NCBI GenBank assembly: GCA_951406725.2
Contig: OX597824.1
Span: 38,936,001 to 39,000,000, forward strand
DNA length: 64,000 nucleotides
DNA from: Octopus vulgaris
Lineage: Eukaryota
Direction of reading: 5' to 3'
The notes below the pieces were generated by a model. The model made no database searches. It was given only the letters and a program-made list of their open reading frames with translations, and was not told the origin of the DNA. How positions within the stretch are numbered: position 1 is the first letter of the stretch; each line of letters begins with the position of its first letter. The translations under genes and the position numbers were made by a program. Of this stretch, positions 26,010 to 37,860 are shown piece after piece.

Positions 26010-27470
26010 ATCCTTTCTACTATAGGCACAAGGCCAGTAATTTTAGGGGAGAGTGTAATTTGATTACATCAACCCCAGTACTTGTTTGGTACTTTATTTT
26101 AATAACCTTGAAAAAGTGAAAGGCAAAATTGACCCCAGTAGAATTTGAACTCAAAATGTAAAGAGTCAGAAGAAAAGCTACTATGCACTTCTTGTCCGAT
26201 GAAATAATGATTCTGCTAGCTAACCATCTTAATAAGAACCCTTTTTACTAAAGGCACAAGGCCAGAAATTTTGGGGGAGGAGCTAGGTGATTATATCGAC
26301 CCCAGTACACCGTTGCTACTTATTTCATCAACCCCAAAAGGATGAAAGGCAAAGTTGACATCAGTTGAATTTGAACTCAGAATGTAAAGGTGGACAAAAT
26401 GTCACTAAGCATTTTGCCTGGCATGCTAATGATTATACCAGTATGCTGCTGCCTTAATAATCCTTTCTATTAAAGGCACAAGGCCTGAAGTTTTGAGGGA
26501 GTGGACTAGCAAATTACATCGACCCCACTGTTTCACTAGTTCTTAAATTTATTTATCCTAACAGGATGAAAGGTCAAGTTGACCTCGGCAGAATTTGAAC
26601 TCAGAACGTCAAGACAGACAAAATGCTGCTAAGAATTTTGCCCGGTGTGCTAACAATTCTGCCAACTTGCTGCCTTCTTAATAATACCAACAATGTGCTG
26701 TATCTACCACAAATCTAAGATTAATGTAACAAGGATGGGAGTGGGGTTCAGAAGATTGTTGAATAAATTGAAACTAAAACATAAGAAGCAATGTTTTTTT
26801 ATTGACCTTAAGGAAAGGAAAGGTAAGTTTGGTACCAGTGAGTACTGAACTCACAACAAGGCACCGAGATTTACACTGGAAAGGATCTAGTTTGGTTCGG
26901 TTCAAAGTTATATGTAACAAATCTGCCATCTTTAAAATGATTATTTCTTTTACTATAAAGTAGGACTGATGTAATCATGATTAAAGAAGAAATTGTAGCT
27001 TTTATGTCTTTTCCAATGAACAGTTGAGGTTCATGTCTTTTTCAATGATAATAATAATTGATACAAATTTTGGCATATGGTCATCAACTTTAGGTACTTA
27101 TTTGATGGACTCTGAAAAGATGGAAGGCAAAGTTGACCTCAACAGTACTTGAACTCAGAATGTAAGGCAGAGAGAAATGCTGCTAAGCATTTTGTCCAGT
27201 GCACTAATGATTCATTCTGTCAACTTACTGCTTTATAAATATTGATAATAGTAGTTCTTCCTATTACAGGCACAAGGCTTGAAATTCAAGGGAAGGGGAC
27301 AGTTAATTGTATTGGTCTCAATGTTCAACTGATACTTTATTTATATTGACCCCCAAAAAAGGTGAAGTTGATCTTAGTGGAATTTGAATTGAGAATAAGA
27401 AAGAGTCAGAAATGTTGCTAAACATTTTGCTTGACCCTCTAACAATTCTGCCAGTTTTCTGCCTTGTTGA
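26010..27470 (-). mobile_element. Cluster of ~5 decayed copies of the abundant SINE
   Basis: Recurrent AAAGGCAAAGTTGAC..GAATTTGAACTCAGAA blocks with CpG->TpG/CpA changes; similar cluster at 43785-44810. Confidence 0.8.
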
Positions 27471-27934
27471 TAATATAGTAAAATAAAACTTACCAATTTG
27501 AGAATATTCTATCCTAATTAGCTGATTAAATAAACCAAATGAAAGTGAGGTGAAGAGCTTGAATCCAAGGAAACTGGTGCTTCCTATACCTCGATAGCCA
27601 TTAGTTTACAGAAGAATTTGAGAAATTTTAATTTTTGTGAGAAGAGGTGCAACAAATGGTGCGTTGGTTTTATTTTTGTTCTAGCAAGCAACCACAGTGG
27701 TAACAGTTTCTCAAGGTTCTTCAGCAAAAAGGGCTGAAATGTTAGACTTGTCAAGCTTCACAGCAGCAGAAATTACTGAACTCCTATAGGAACTCTTGAA
27801 TGAAAATGAGCAGAATTTGTAATGCCCCTCCCTCTACCACTACCAAATATACAGAATATATAGTGTAGGCACACATATATATGCATGTGTGTATGTGCAT
27901 ATATTCTTTTTAATAATCCATTACAATTTAAATA

Positions 27935-28223
27935 TCTTTATATATAAAATTGAAGTTGTGTGTGTGAGATTCTGTCTCCTCCGATTTAGATTCCTAATTA
28001 CTCCCACGTTTTTGCAGTGCAGTTTAACCAAAAGCAGGTATCTTATAGTCGTCATTCATATCTGGGTATTAGCGCGCGTCTATGATGAGTCTACGATTTA
28101 AAAAAAAATTTACCATCATTTTTCCGCATTTTTAATGATTTTTGCTCGGGTTATATAAGGGAAGTCACTCTCTAAAAATGCTTATATAGTTATTTCCCTT
28201 GCAACGCCGGGCAATACTGCTAG
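27935..28223 (+). mobile_element. Non-autonomous Helitron
   Basis: Inserted A|T; 5' TCTTTATATATAAAA; 3' GCAACGCCGGGCAATACTGCTAG; no TSD. Confidence 0.75.
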
Positions 28224-28882
28224 TATGAAATAAATATTAAAAGATAAACAATCATATAATGTATTGTTTTATATACATATGTAGTTATATATACAATATT
28301 TATATATATATGTTATATATATATAGTTAAAGAAGATAAATAGTAAATTATATATTATTACATATATAAATATTTTATATATATATAGTGCATGCGTGTG
28401 CATTATACATATATGTGTGTATGTGTTACATATATTATACCAATACATGTATGTATGTTATATTTCATATTTATGTGTTTTATATGTATATAAGATGGAA
28501 TGGTTTTGAGCAGTAATACATGACCATAAAAGTTCAGGCATTCCTATGTTACAAAAGTCAGGCCCCAGAACAATGTTTGTTATGATTAAACATAACAAAC
28601 TATATATAAGAAGTCAGTTGTATGCTTTGAGTAAAGAAAAAAAAAAATGATACCAAAATCTCCCAGGCTCTTACATGCAACTGACAGAAATATTGAACAT
28701 TTTGGATCAATATTTAGGCATAGGCTCTTGTTCTTTTCCAGACCAGTATGACACTGGTGAGAAGAAACACAGATGCGACACATAATATTCATATTCCTGA
28801 TGTCAAAGGATGATGAAGCATTTTCAGTAAAATAGTCTCTGCTTGTGTCTGATTCTCTCAGAAGTAGTAGTTGTAGTATCCA

Positions 28883-28998
28883 TTAGCTTGTGTGTGAAAC
28901 AGCCAACCAGCTGATGATAAAGTAAAACAGAAATATGGGATACATGGCAAGTACTTTCCTCCTGTCTGATTGGCTATCTCCCAAGAAGGCAGTGGCAG
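28883..28998 (-). CDS. YIPF6: YIPF6 exon 7, last coding exon (AATAFLGDSQSDRRKVLAMYPIFLFYFIISWLAVSHTS*)
   Basis: TTTTCAG acceptor; RKxLAxYPIFLFYFxISW C-terminal motif; TAA stop. Spliced CDS is 669 nt = 222 aa plus stop. Confidence 0.95.
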
Positions 28999-29749
28999 CT
29001 GAAAAGACAAAAAGATATATAAATATACAGCTGTAAAAAAACCATGCCAATGCAGACTTCGCCAGTGCTGGTGCCACATAAAAAGCACCCAGTCCCCTCT
29101 GTAAAATGGTTGGCATTAGAAAGAGCATCCAGTCATAAAACTCATACCAAAACAGACCTTGCCAGTGCTGCTGCCATGTGAAGAGCACCGAGTCCAATCT
29201 ATAAAGTGGTTGGCATTAGGAAAGGCATCCAGCTATAATGTCAAAACAGAGAGTGGAACTTGGTGCAGTCCACTGGCTTGCCAGCTTCTCAAGCCATCCA
29301 ACCCATGCCAGCATGGAAAATGGATGTTAAATGATAATGATGTATAACAGTGAATGAAATAGAAATCTTAAAGGAAAACTGTAACATGTAAATTTAAAAT
29401 GTATGATTAAAAAGCATTCACCAACAGATGGTGAATGCCTATGCCTGATGAATTTAAAGGAAAGATTTACTGAATGTTGCATATTACATGCAGTAAAAAA
29501 ATTGTATTTTCTTCTACAGCTGAATGTCATGCATCTAGTTAGTAAAGCATAAAGCAGAAATGACACATGTTGTCAACCAAAAGGACTGTGGCCAGCAAGT
29601 TTTTGGGCCTTGTCACAGGGCACAATACAGAAGCTATAACAGATTTCCATTGTTGACCACATATTTGGTCAGTGATCCAATGCCTTAATTTCAGATATTA
29701 TTTCCTGTTTAAAAACAAAGAGAAATAATTAAAAGATGAAAGAACTTAC

Positions 29750-29907
29750 CAAATGTAGACCATCCGAAGGAAAGGAAAATAATACAAAAGCGAACGATGA
29801 AGAGAGCTGTTGTCTGATGAGCAAGGAGAATCAAACGGCAAATTGTAAGTGCAATGGCAAGTGGTGTGACACAGTAGCCAAGAACACAGACACTTTGGAA
29901 GAATGAT
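29750..29907 (-). CDS. YIPF6: YIPF6 exon 6 (SFFQSVCVLGYCVTPLAIALTICRLILL...FGWSTF)
   Basis: Inside ORF 29709..29921; SFFQSxCVLGYC motif; CAG acceptor, GTAAGT donor; phases consistent. Confidence 0.95.
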
Positions 29908-30032
29908 CTGAAAGAATTCAAGAAGATGATGTCAAATCAATAAGCTATCTTTCCAATAACTCAATTAACATAATTGAATAGGATAACAGGTTATACTGCA
30001 CTAGATTCATTAATCTGTTCAGCACACATACA

Positions 30033-30220
30033 AAGAGGTGGTGAAAAGTTCCTGGCTTTGAGGATACTGCCCAACCTTCCGAATTCTATTTACAGGGCTT
30101 AGAAAAACTGAAGGAGCACTGCAATAAATGTGTGAATTTGAGAGGGGAATATGTTGAATAAAATCATTAACTGACTCTCCTGTATTTTTTTTTACCCACA
30201 GTTAGGAACTTTTCAGCACC
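30033..30220. mobile_element. mariner-type MITE, copy 1
   Basis: GGTGGTGAAAAGTTCCTGGCT ... AGTTAGGAACTTTTCAGCACC inverted termini. Confidence 0.7.
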
Positions 30221-30445
30221 CCACCCCCGTGTGTGTGTGTGTGTGTATGTGTATAAAAGTGATTTTGGAAGGATATATTATCTGGGCAGATACCAAATTA
30301 GCTCCCAGTTAAGTTCTAGTTAATGGCTAACCGCAATGATTAGTATCTAACCTCTGCGACTACAATTAGTTGTTAGTTGCTCTGTGAATTCTTCTGATGG
30401 GTAATTCTGTCTACTCTTTGCTGGAAGGTAAAAATTGTCTGGAGC

Positions 30446-30486
<41 letters not shown>

Positions 30487-30496
30487 ATATGTATAT

Positions 30497-30717
30497 GGAA
30501 GGTGGGGGCTGAAAACTACCTAGCTTTAAGGGTATTGTAAAAAGCCTGGTTAGAGGCCCAATCTCCCAGTTTCTTTTTACAGGGCTTAGATAAAAATGAA
30601 GGACTGCTGCAATAAGTGTGTGAATCTGAGATGAGAATATGTTGAATACAATCATAATTAACTGATCCTCTTGTATTTTATTTTACCCAAAGCCAGGAAC
30701 TTTTCAGTACTGCTTCA
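30497..30717. mobile_element. mariner-type MITE, copy 2
   Basis: Homologous to 30033-30220, same orientation. Confidence 0.7.
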
Positions 30718-31038
30718 TATATAAATACAAAGTAGATGCAGTAAGGTTGAATGATTATGACATCCACTATGCAATCACAAGTTCTCGGGTTCAGTCCCAA
30801 TATGTGGCATCACAGGGAAAATACCCTTTATTATAACCTCAGGTTGGATCATACCATATATCTCGGTCCATTGTTATCTCCTCTGTAAGGCTCAGTGTTT
30901 TGAGATCAGCCTTCAATACTTTGTCCCATGTCTTCCTGGGTCTCCCTCTACCACAACTTCCACCCACTTTAAGTGATCAGCACTTGGTTTGAAAACCAGT
31001 TAAGGCTATTCACCATTTTTTCAATCCATGAAGAAATA

Positions 31039-32517
31039 CACTGAACCACAAAAGAAACACAATTTTTTTCAAATGTCATTTTTATATGGTAAATTGTGAA
31101 AATTTATTTCAGGAATGTAAGTGTAAATATTCCAAGAGATGCTGGTTTATGGCTGAGACCAAAATTGCAGGTAACCTTTCAACTTTCCCTGAAACGAGAT
31201 GCCAAAATGCAGCTGCGTTGAATGCCGTGGGTGGCAGTCGCAAACAACTGTCATGAAAACCAAAATGCACATGCATCTTGTGGAGGTTATGGGTATAAAA
31301 ATCAACTTGAACAGTGTTCCTGGCATTTGTAATTTGGACACATCATGTATGACCCATTTGTCAGCAGTGCAGAGACAATAAGCTATCAACTGATTTCAAG
31401 CAGGAGAGCATGCCCTGGTTATGTCCATGACAGTACCATCTACTGCCTGCAACAATGATCCAACAACACCAACAACAGTGCAGATCATGTCCACAGACGG
31501 CGCCCCAGGGGGATCATATCCAGGCAGGATCCACCTGCAAAACCTCTGTGATCGCTTCAGACTGGTCAGAATAAACAGCTCATGAACCCATTGGAACTGG
31601 ACAGCGACCCATCAGTAATGACATGGTACAACGTCAACTTGCCGCCAACAACCTGCGTTGCTGTCGTCGTGCTTGAGGGCCTGTCCGCACTACCATCATG
31701 CATGACTACAGTGGGTTACACAGCACCGACATTGGCAGTATCAACAATGGAGGTCGATAGTCTTCTCTGACGAGAGCCAGTATTGCGTTTCCACCTCAGC
31801 TGGCAGAGTGAAGGTGTGGCATAGGAAGAGTGAACACTACAGAGATGCATGTGTCATGGAGATGTATGGGGTGGCCAAAGCATCATGTTTGGGGTGCTAT
31901 AGGCCTGAATCAGAGAATTGGTCCCCTTATGTTCCAAAATGTTGGCGCAGGCAGAAAGAATGGCATCACTGCATAGTGCTACACTGGCCAGATCCTAAGA
32001 CCTCACATCGTGCCTTTCTTCATGTGTCACCATAGCAATGTATTCCATTAGTACAATGCTCCCTCCCACACAGACAAGGTCACCATGGACACCCTGCATT
32101 AGCATAACATCAGAACCATTCTGTGGCTGGCTCTCAGCCTGGATCTGAACCCAATTGAACACCTGTGGGATGGAATCCAGAGACGACTGAACCAGGTGGT
32201 CCCAAGGCCAAAATGTGTGGAACTGGAGGCAGTTTTCTTCAGGGTGTGGGTACAGGTGCCAATAGCTTTTGTGAGCCACCTCATGCACTCCATGCACCGA
32301 TGATGTATGGGCCGTTTTGAACACACAGGGAGGGCATACATCGTATTGAACATGTCATACTGCCCACTACCAGAACACATGACAATGATCCATAGACTGT
32401 GGTCAAAGAGCATCCAAGAAATTGACCTTATCAGATTTATCAAAATTTATCTCTGACGTAATGAAATTAAAACATATTTCAGTCACACACATCTCACATT
32501 TCTTTTGTGGTTCAGTG
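31039..32517 (+). mobile_element. Full-span decayed Tc1 transposon in YIPF6 intron 5
   Basis: TA|CACTGAACCACAAAAGAAA ... TTTCTTTTGTGGTTCAGTG|TA (19-bp TIR, TA TSD); transposase remnants FSDES..GRVKVW and S.DLNPIEHLW with stops and frameshifts. Confidence 0.92.
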
Positions 32518-32648
32518 TAGTTAAATTTACCATGCTTGTGTTTCTACTAAGTAGGTTTACATATATATATATATATATATAAATTCACTAAAATCTACAT
32601 ACACACCACAGACTCATATAAATGCAATATATACAGTATAATACTTAC

Positions 32649-32780
32649 ATATTTCCACCAAGTAGTTTAGAATTTAGAGTTACAACTACAGATCCAACCC
32701 AAAATATGACAAACACCTCAGAAAATTCTGGTCCACCAGATAACTGCTGGTCAAGGTGTTGTGGTGAACTCTGAAGCATC
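32649..32780 (-). CDS. YIPF6: YIPF6 exon 5 (MLQSSPQHLDQQLSGGPEFSEVFVIFWVGSVVVTLNSKLLGGNI)
   Basis: TTTCAG acceptor, GTAAGT donor; GPEFxEVFVIxWxGxxVVTLNSKLLGG motif. Confidence 0.95.
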
Positions 32781-33317
32781 CTGAAATGAAATATACATAT
32801 GAACAAAGTCTTCTTTTATGTTAATGACTATCTATTTGTTTAATAATCAATTAAAATTTTCTGTTAATTACTGCATTGTGGTATCACATTTATTTCAATC
32901 TTGGTGTTACATGTTTCAATAGTGGGTGCTCCCCAACCACATACATTCAGGTTCTGTCCCACTCTATGGCACCTTGGTCAAGGCTCTTCTACTATAGTGA
33001 TAGTTTGACCAAAGTCTTGTGAGTGGATTTTGTAGACAGAAACTGATAGGAAGGCCAACATTGTGTGTGTGTGTTTGTGTCCTTTTCTTGACATTGTGTG
33101 ATACTTATGAATGAGTGTCATTATCATACAATTAGCGTTATTCATTCCCAACATTCTACTAAAACATGTCTGGCCATGGGGAAGTATTACCTTGTTAGGA
33201 AATAGGTGAGGATTGGTTATAGGGAGGGGGATCCAGTCAGAGAAAAACTGTTTTAATAAACTCCATCAAGCCCATGGAAGAGTGGACATTTAAATGATGA
33301 TGATGATTTAAATTATG

Positions 33318-33643
33318 TAGGGGGCTCCGAAAGGGGTCTCAGGGAGTAGCATCCCTGCCTTCCTGAGCTAGCTTTCTACCACATTTCCTAAAAACTGTGG
33401 TAGAGGTCTTGGTCTTGGGACCTCACTTGTCTAGAAAATGAAGTTGGGGGTAATCAAGGGCATGCTCCCCATAGAAAATCCAGCTCCAAAAAAGCCTCAT
33501 GATAGCAAAGGAGAATGGGCACCAGCCAGCCTGATGGTTGGGGTGGGCTGCATCTGCCTACTGTGGTTGCTATGGCATTGAGGTAGATCCAACCACCCCT
33601 GTTAACGGGGACAAAACCTGGATTTAAAAAACTGATGATGATG
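33318..33643 (+). mobile_element. SINE-like element with (GAT)n tail
   Basis: GC-richer block ending GGACAAAACCTGGATTTAAAAAACTGATGATGATG. Confidence 0.5.
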
Positions 33644-34513
33644 ACAATTATATTGTTACCATTATTTCAATTTTGCCATTACACTTATTCCAAACTTGAT
33701 GCTTCACATATTTTAACATTAGTGCTGCATGTATTCTAATATTATGGTGAACCAATTTTCATGTTATATGTAATTCAATTATGAAGTTGACCTTATTTTT
33801 ATACTGCATATATCACTGCTTTTCATTAGCATCATAACGTCCACTTTCCTATGCTTACACTGGTTCAACAGAATTTGTTGAGGAAGATTTTCTATAGCTA
33901 GTTGCCTTTTCTGTCACCAATCTTCACTTGTTTCCAAGCAAGATAATGCTCCACCTCATAGACCAGACAAGTTTCACATGGAAGACTAGTCCTAACTGTG
34001 AAGAACGGAAGTGGCTCTGTGATTTGGGCAGCCATATAATGGAATTTTCTTGGTCCTTTTATTGTTCTATGAAGTGGAGTTGACATTAAACATTGTCTGA
34101 GTATTTTGACAGAACAGGACTATCTTATAATTGCTGATGGCAGTACAATAGTCTAGGATAATAACGAGCTGATTCACACAGCTAATCTTATTCAAAATTC
34201 ATAGAAAGTGCAGAAAAGTGAAGTAGCAGTACATTTTGGAGCAGTGAGAGGAACCACTTCCCTCTGCCATTGTTGCTGAAAGAGCAGCACAAAATTCCTC
34301 AAATAAACGTTTAGAACCGCAATCTATTAAAATTGTGACTGATGCCAAAGGTGAACCAATACCATATTAAATAATAAAATAGACATTTCATTATTTTTTT
34401 CTACACTAGTGTATGTATACAAATACACTCACCTATAGATATACAGACATTTAGAAACATATATATATATATACACACATGCAGATGTATAAACATGCAG
34501 ACACACTCACACA

Positions 34514-34589
<76 letters not shown>

Positions 34590-34758
34590 CATACAGACAC
34601 ACAAATGTAAAAGTAGATAAAAACATACAATGCATACAGATGTACTACCATACATACACTCCACAAATACATAAAAAAGTATAGACATACACATACAAAC
34701 ATATATACATACATCATTGGAAAAGTTTTATCATAGATATGAGTGCAAGCATACTTAC

Positions 34759-34801
34759 AAAGCCAAGTATACACATAAAATTAGAGGACCCCACAAATCC
34801 C
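34759..34801 (-). CDS. YIPF6: YIPF6 exon 4 (WDLWGPLILCVYLAL)
   Basis: 43-nt exon, TGCAG acceptor, GTAAGT donor; diagnostic Yip1-domain DLWGPL motif. Confidence 0.95.
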
Positions 34802-34819
34802 CTGCAATTAGAAAGAAAA

Positions 34820-35605
34820 ATTATAGTGATTAATTAGTCAATAGATCAATTAGAATTTCCAGAAAAAGAAAATGACCATTATGACTAATGACTCATGGAA
34901 ATAAAATTTACAGTGATTAATTGTAAGATTAATTAGAATTTGGGGTTAAAGAGACTGAAAATTTTCATAATGACTAATGACTCAAGGAAACAGAAATTAC
35001 AGAGTTTAATTGTAAGATTGATTTGAAAAAGTTTAATTTAAGTGCAAGCATGGTTGTATAGTTGAGTAGCTAGTTCATTTCCCAACCACATGGTTTCAGG
35101 TTCCCACTACTTTGCACCTTGTGAGTGAATCTAGCAAATGGAAACTGAAAGAAGCCTGTCATACATGCATGTGTGTATGTGTGTCACTCTGTGCAGACAT
35201 CATGCAGTGGTTGTTAGTGAGTGACCCCCTTGTACAAACAGGGTCATTTGTTTTCAGTCTTTTGTGAAAAAATGACTGGCCAAATGGAAATATTACCTTA
35301 CTGTGAAAACTGGCCATAGAAAATCTGCTGCAATGAATCATGTCTGATCCATGCATGTATTGAAAAGCGAACATTAAAACGATGATGATAAAAACAATTA
35401 CAATAATACCTATGACTAATGATTCAGGGAAAAATTAAGAATGATTGACAAACTGTAAGATTCATAAGAATATTGGAATGAAATGAATGACCATTATAAT
35501 AATGACTAATGACTCATGGCAATGGAATTTAGAGTGATTAATTGTAAGATGAATTAGAATTTGAGGATGAAGTGAATGACGGTCATAATGATGACTAATG
35601 ATGGA
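34820..35605. repeat. Diverged ~90-bp tandem repeat in YIPF6 intron 3, interrupted by a SINE
   Basis: Unit ATGACTAATGACTCA.GG...AGTGATTAATTGTAAGAT.AATTAGAATTT recurs at ~34881, 34970, 35413, 35501, 35591. Confidence 0.75.
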
Positions 35606-35618
35606 TGGAAATACTTAC

Positions 35619-35697
35619 ATTCTCGTAGCAAGACAGTACTCTGTTTTGGATAGAGTACATGGAAGAATTTAATTCCTACAGCTTTCAGGTCACGAAG
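35619..35697 (-). CDS. YIPF6: YIPF6 exon 3 (LRDLKAVGIKFFHVLYPKQSTVLLRE)
   Basis: TTTCAG acceptor, GTAAGT donor; RDLKAVGxKFxHVLYP motif; phase-1 end completes TGG (W) with exon 4. Confidence 0.95.
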
Positions 35698-35784
35698 CTG
35701 AAATATGGAAGGAGCTTATTGACAAATATAGATAGATAATCTAGAGATTCATATATAATGTTAACATCGATATAAAGATACCAA

Positions 35785-35819
<35 letters not shown>

Positions 35820-36464
35820 CACATGTATAGAGAACACAGACACACAGATATATATAATACTGACATTTATAGATATATATTATGTTGATTTCAAATTTTG
35901 ACACAAAGCTAGTATTTTTACATAATGTTGATATATAATATTGACAAGTAGAGGTATGTTGATATACATAAAAATATATAATGACATATATATATAGTTA
36001 ATCCAAACAAAAAAAAAACAACAACGTGAGGACGTAGAACAAATAAAGTATTATTGGACGCTCAGGAAAGAAGGGAAGAAGGAGGGTTTAACGTTTCGAG
36101 CGGAGCTCTTCGTTGGAAACATAGGAGAAGGAAAGATCCCGAGAAGGGAAGACAGAGGAAAAAAATCGCCAGCGGTACTCACGAGGTCACATATTAAAAG
36201 ACCGGAAGTAGAAAGGTGGAAGAATAATGTTTTTTAAAGACAGGAGAGTTTTCAAAGACAGTATGGTAAAGACGGGGAAAGTGAGAGGGGGAATGTGTGT
36301 GGATGTGTGCGTGCGCGGAGGTCTGCGTGTGCGCGTGTATGTGTGCAATGATGACACATGTGTGTGTGTGTATGTGTCTATGGCGAACAACTGGCTAGTA
36401 GCTGGCCAGTATGTAAGAATAAGGAGTGGTGCTTTTGTGTCCAGCCGCAGGTCAAAAACAAAGA

Positions 36465-36691
36465 GGTCTGTGTGCGTGTATGTATATGTATCGTGTGTGT
36501 GTTTTGTTTGTAGTGTGTGTGTGTTCGTGTGTGTATGCGTAGAGTTTGGGTGTGTGGCGAGTAACTGTGATTAACTTAGTGTATGTGTGTGTGTGTGCTT
36601 GTACGTGCGTGTGTGTGTATATATATGTATAATTGTGTGCGTGTATGTATAATTGTGTGCCATGTGTATGGGATGTATGTGTGGGTTCATT

Positions 36692-36726
<35 letters not shown>

Positions 36727-37460
36727 GCGTGTAGTTGTGTGTGCATGTATGTGTGCGTTTGTATGTGTGTGTGTGTAAGCGTATATGGATGTATATGCGT
36801 GTATCCGTGGGGTTGTGAATTTTGGGTGTGTGCATTGGTGTGCGTGTGTATGTGTGTGCATGTTTTTGTGTGCGTATGTGTGTGTGTCTGTGCTTATATG
36901 TGTGTACGTATGTATAGGTGTGCATGTGCGTGTAGGTATATATTGTGTGTATGTATATATGTCGGTGTGTATGTGAATTTGTGTGTGTTTGTACGTGTGT
37001 ATGTGTGTGTGCGTGTATTGTATATATATATGTAAATGTGTGTGTGTGTGCGTGTACGTGCGTGCGAGTGAATGTATGTATATATGTGCGTGTGTGTACA
37101 AATGTAGAGGTTTATATGTCTGTTTATATGTGTGTATATATATGTATGCAAGCACACACTTTATAATTGAAAGATTGATGGAAAAAAATTGGTGTGGGTG
37201 TATGTGAATCCACAGGCACACACTGACGCACGCCTGCAATACAGCCAACCCCATATGCATGTATGTATGTGAGTGTGAATGTATGTGGTGTGTGTATGTA
37301 TGTATGTGTGTATGTATGTATATATGTATGTGTGTGTGTATGTATGTAAGTGTGTGTGTGTGTGTGTGTATGATGTATGTATGTATGTATGTATGTATGT
37401 ATGTATGTATGTGTGTGTGTGTGTATGTATGTATGTGTGCATGTGTGTATGTATGTATGT
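36465..37460. repeat. Degenerate (GT)n/(GTAT)n tract
   Basis: Read directly. Confidence 0.9.
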
Positions 37461-37749
37461 GTGCAGGACATACACAGATGTAATGTTGGAAATATACACG
37501 TCTATAAACGTTGATAACTACATAAATATATAATGTTGACAAATATATAGGTATACAAAACTAACAAGCGTATCAATATATAATGTTGAATATTATATGG
37601 ATAAATATAAAATTAGAGGTTTTATAAATATCATTCACTTCACATCAGATGGTGCATTCAACAAATATTCGGCAATAAATAATTTCCAACGCTCAACTGA
37701 AAACAAAAAACACATCACACAAGCATACGAGTAACAAAAGCAAACTCAC

Positions 37750-37860
37750 CACAGTGTCTTTTACAGGCTCATCTAAGGTAGATAACTCATCATCGTTCCC
37801 ATCACCGGCTGTTAAAGGTACAGTCATCTCCCCTTCCAAAGATACCTCGTTAAGATCATC
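37750..37860 (-). CDS. YIPF6: YIPF6 exon 2 (DDLNEVSLEGEMTVPLTAGDGNDDELSTLDEPVKDTV)
   Basis: TTCAG acceptor, GTGAGT donor; STLDEPVxxT is the conserved N-terminal motif of the YIPF6/Yip4 group. Confidence 0.92.
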
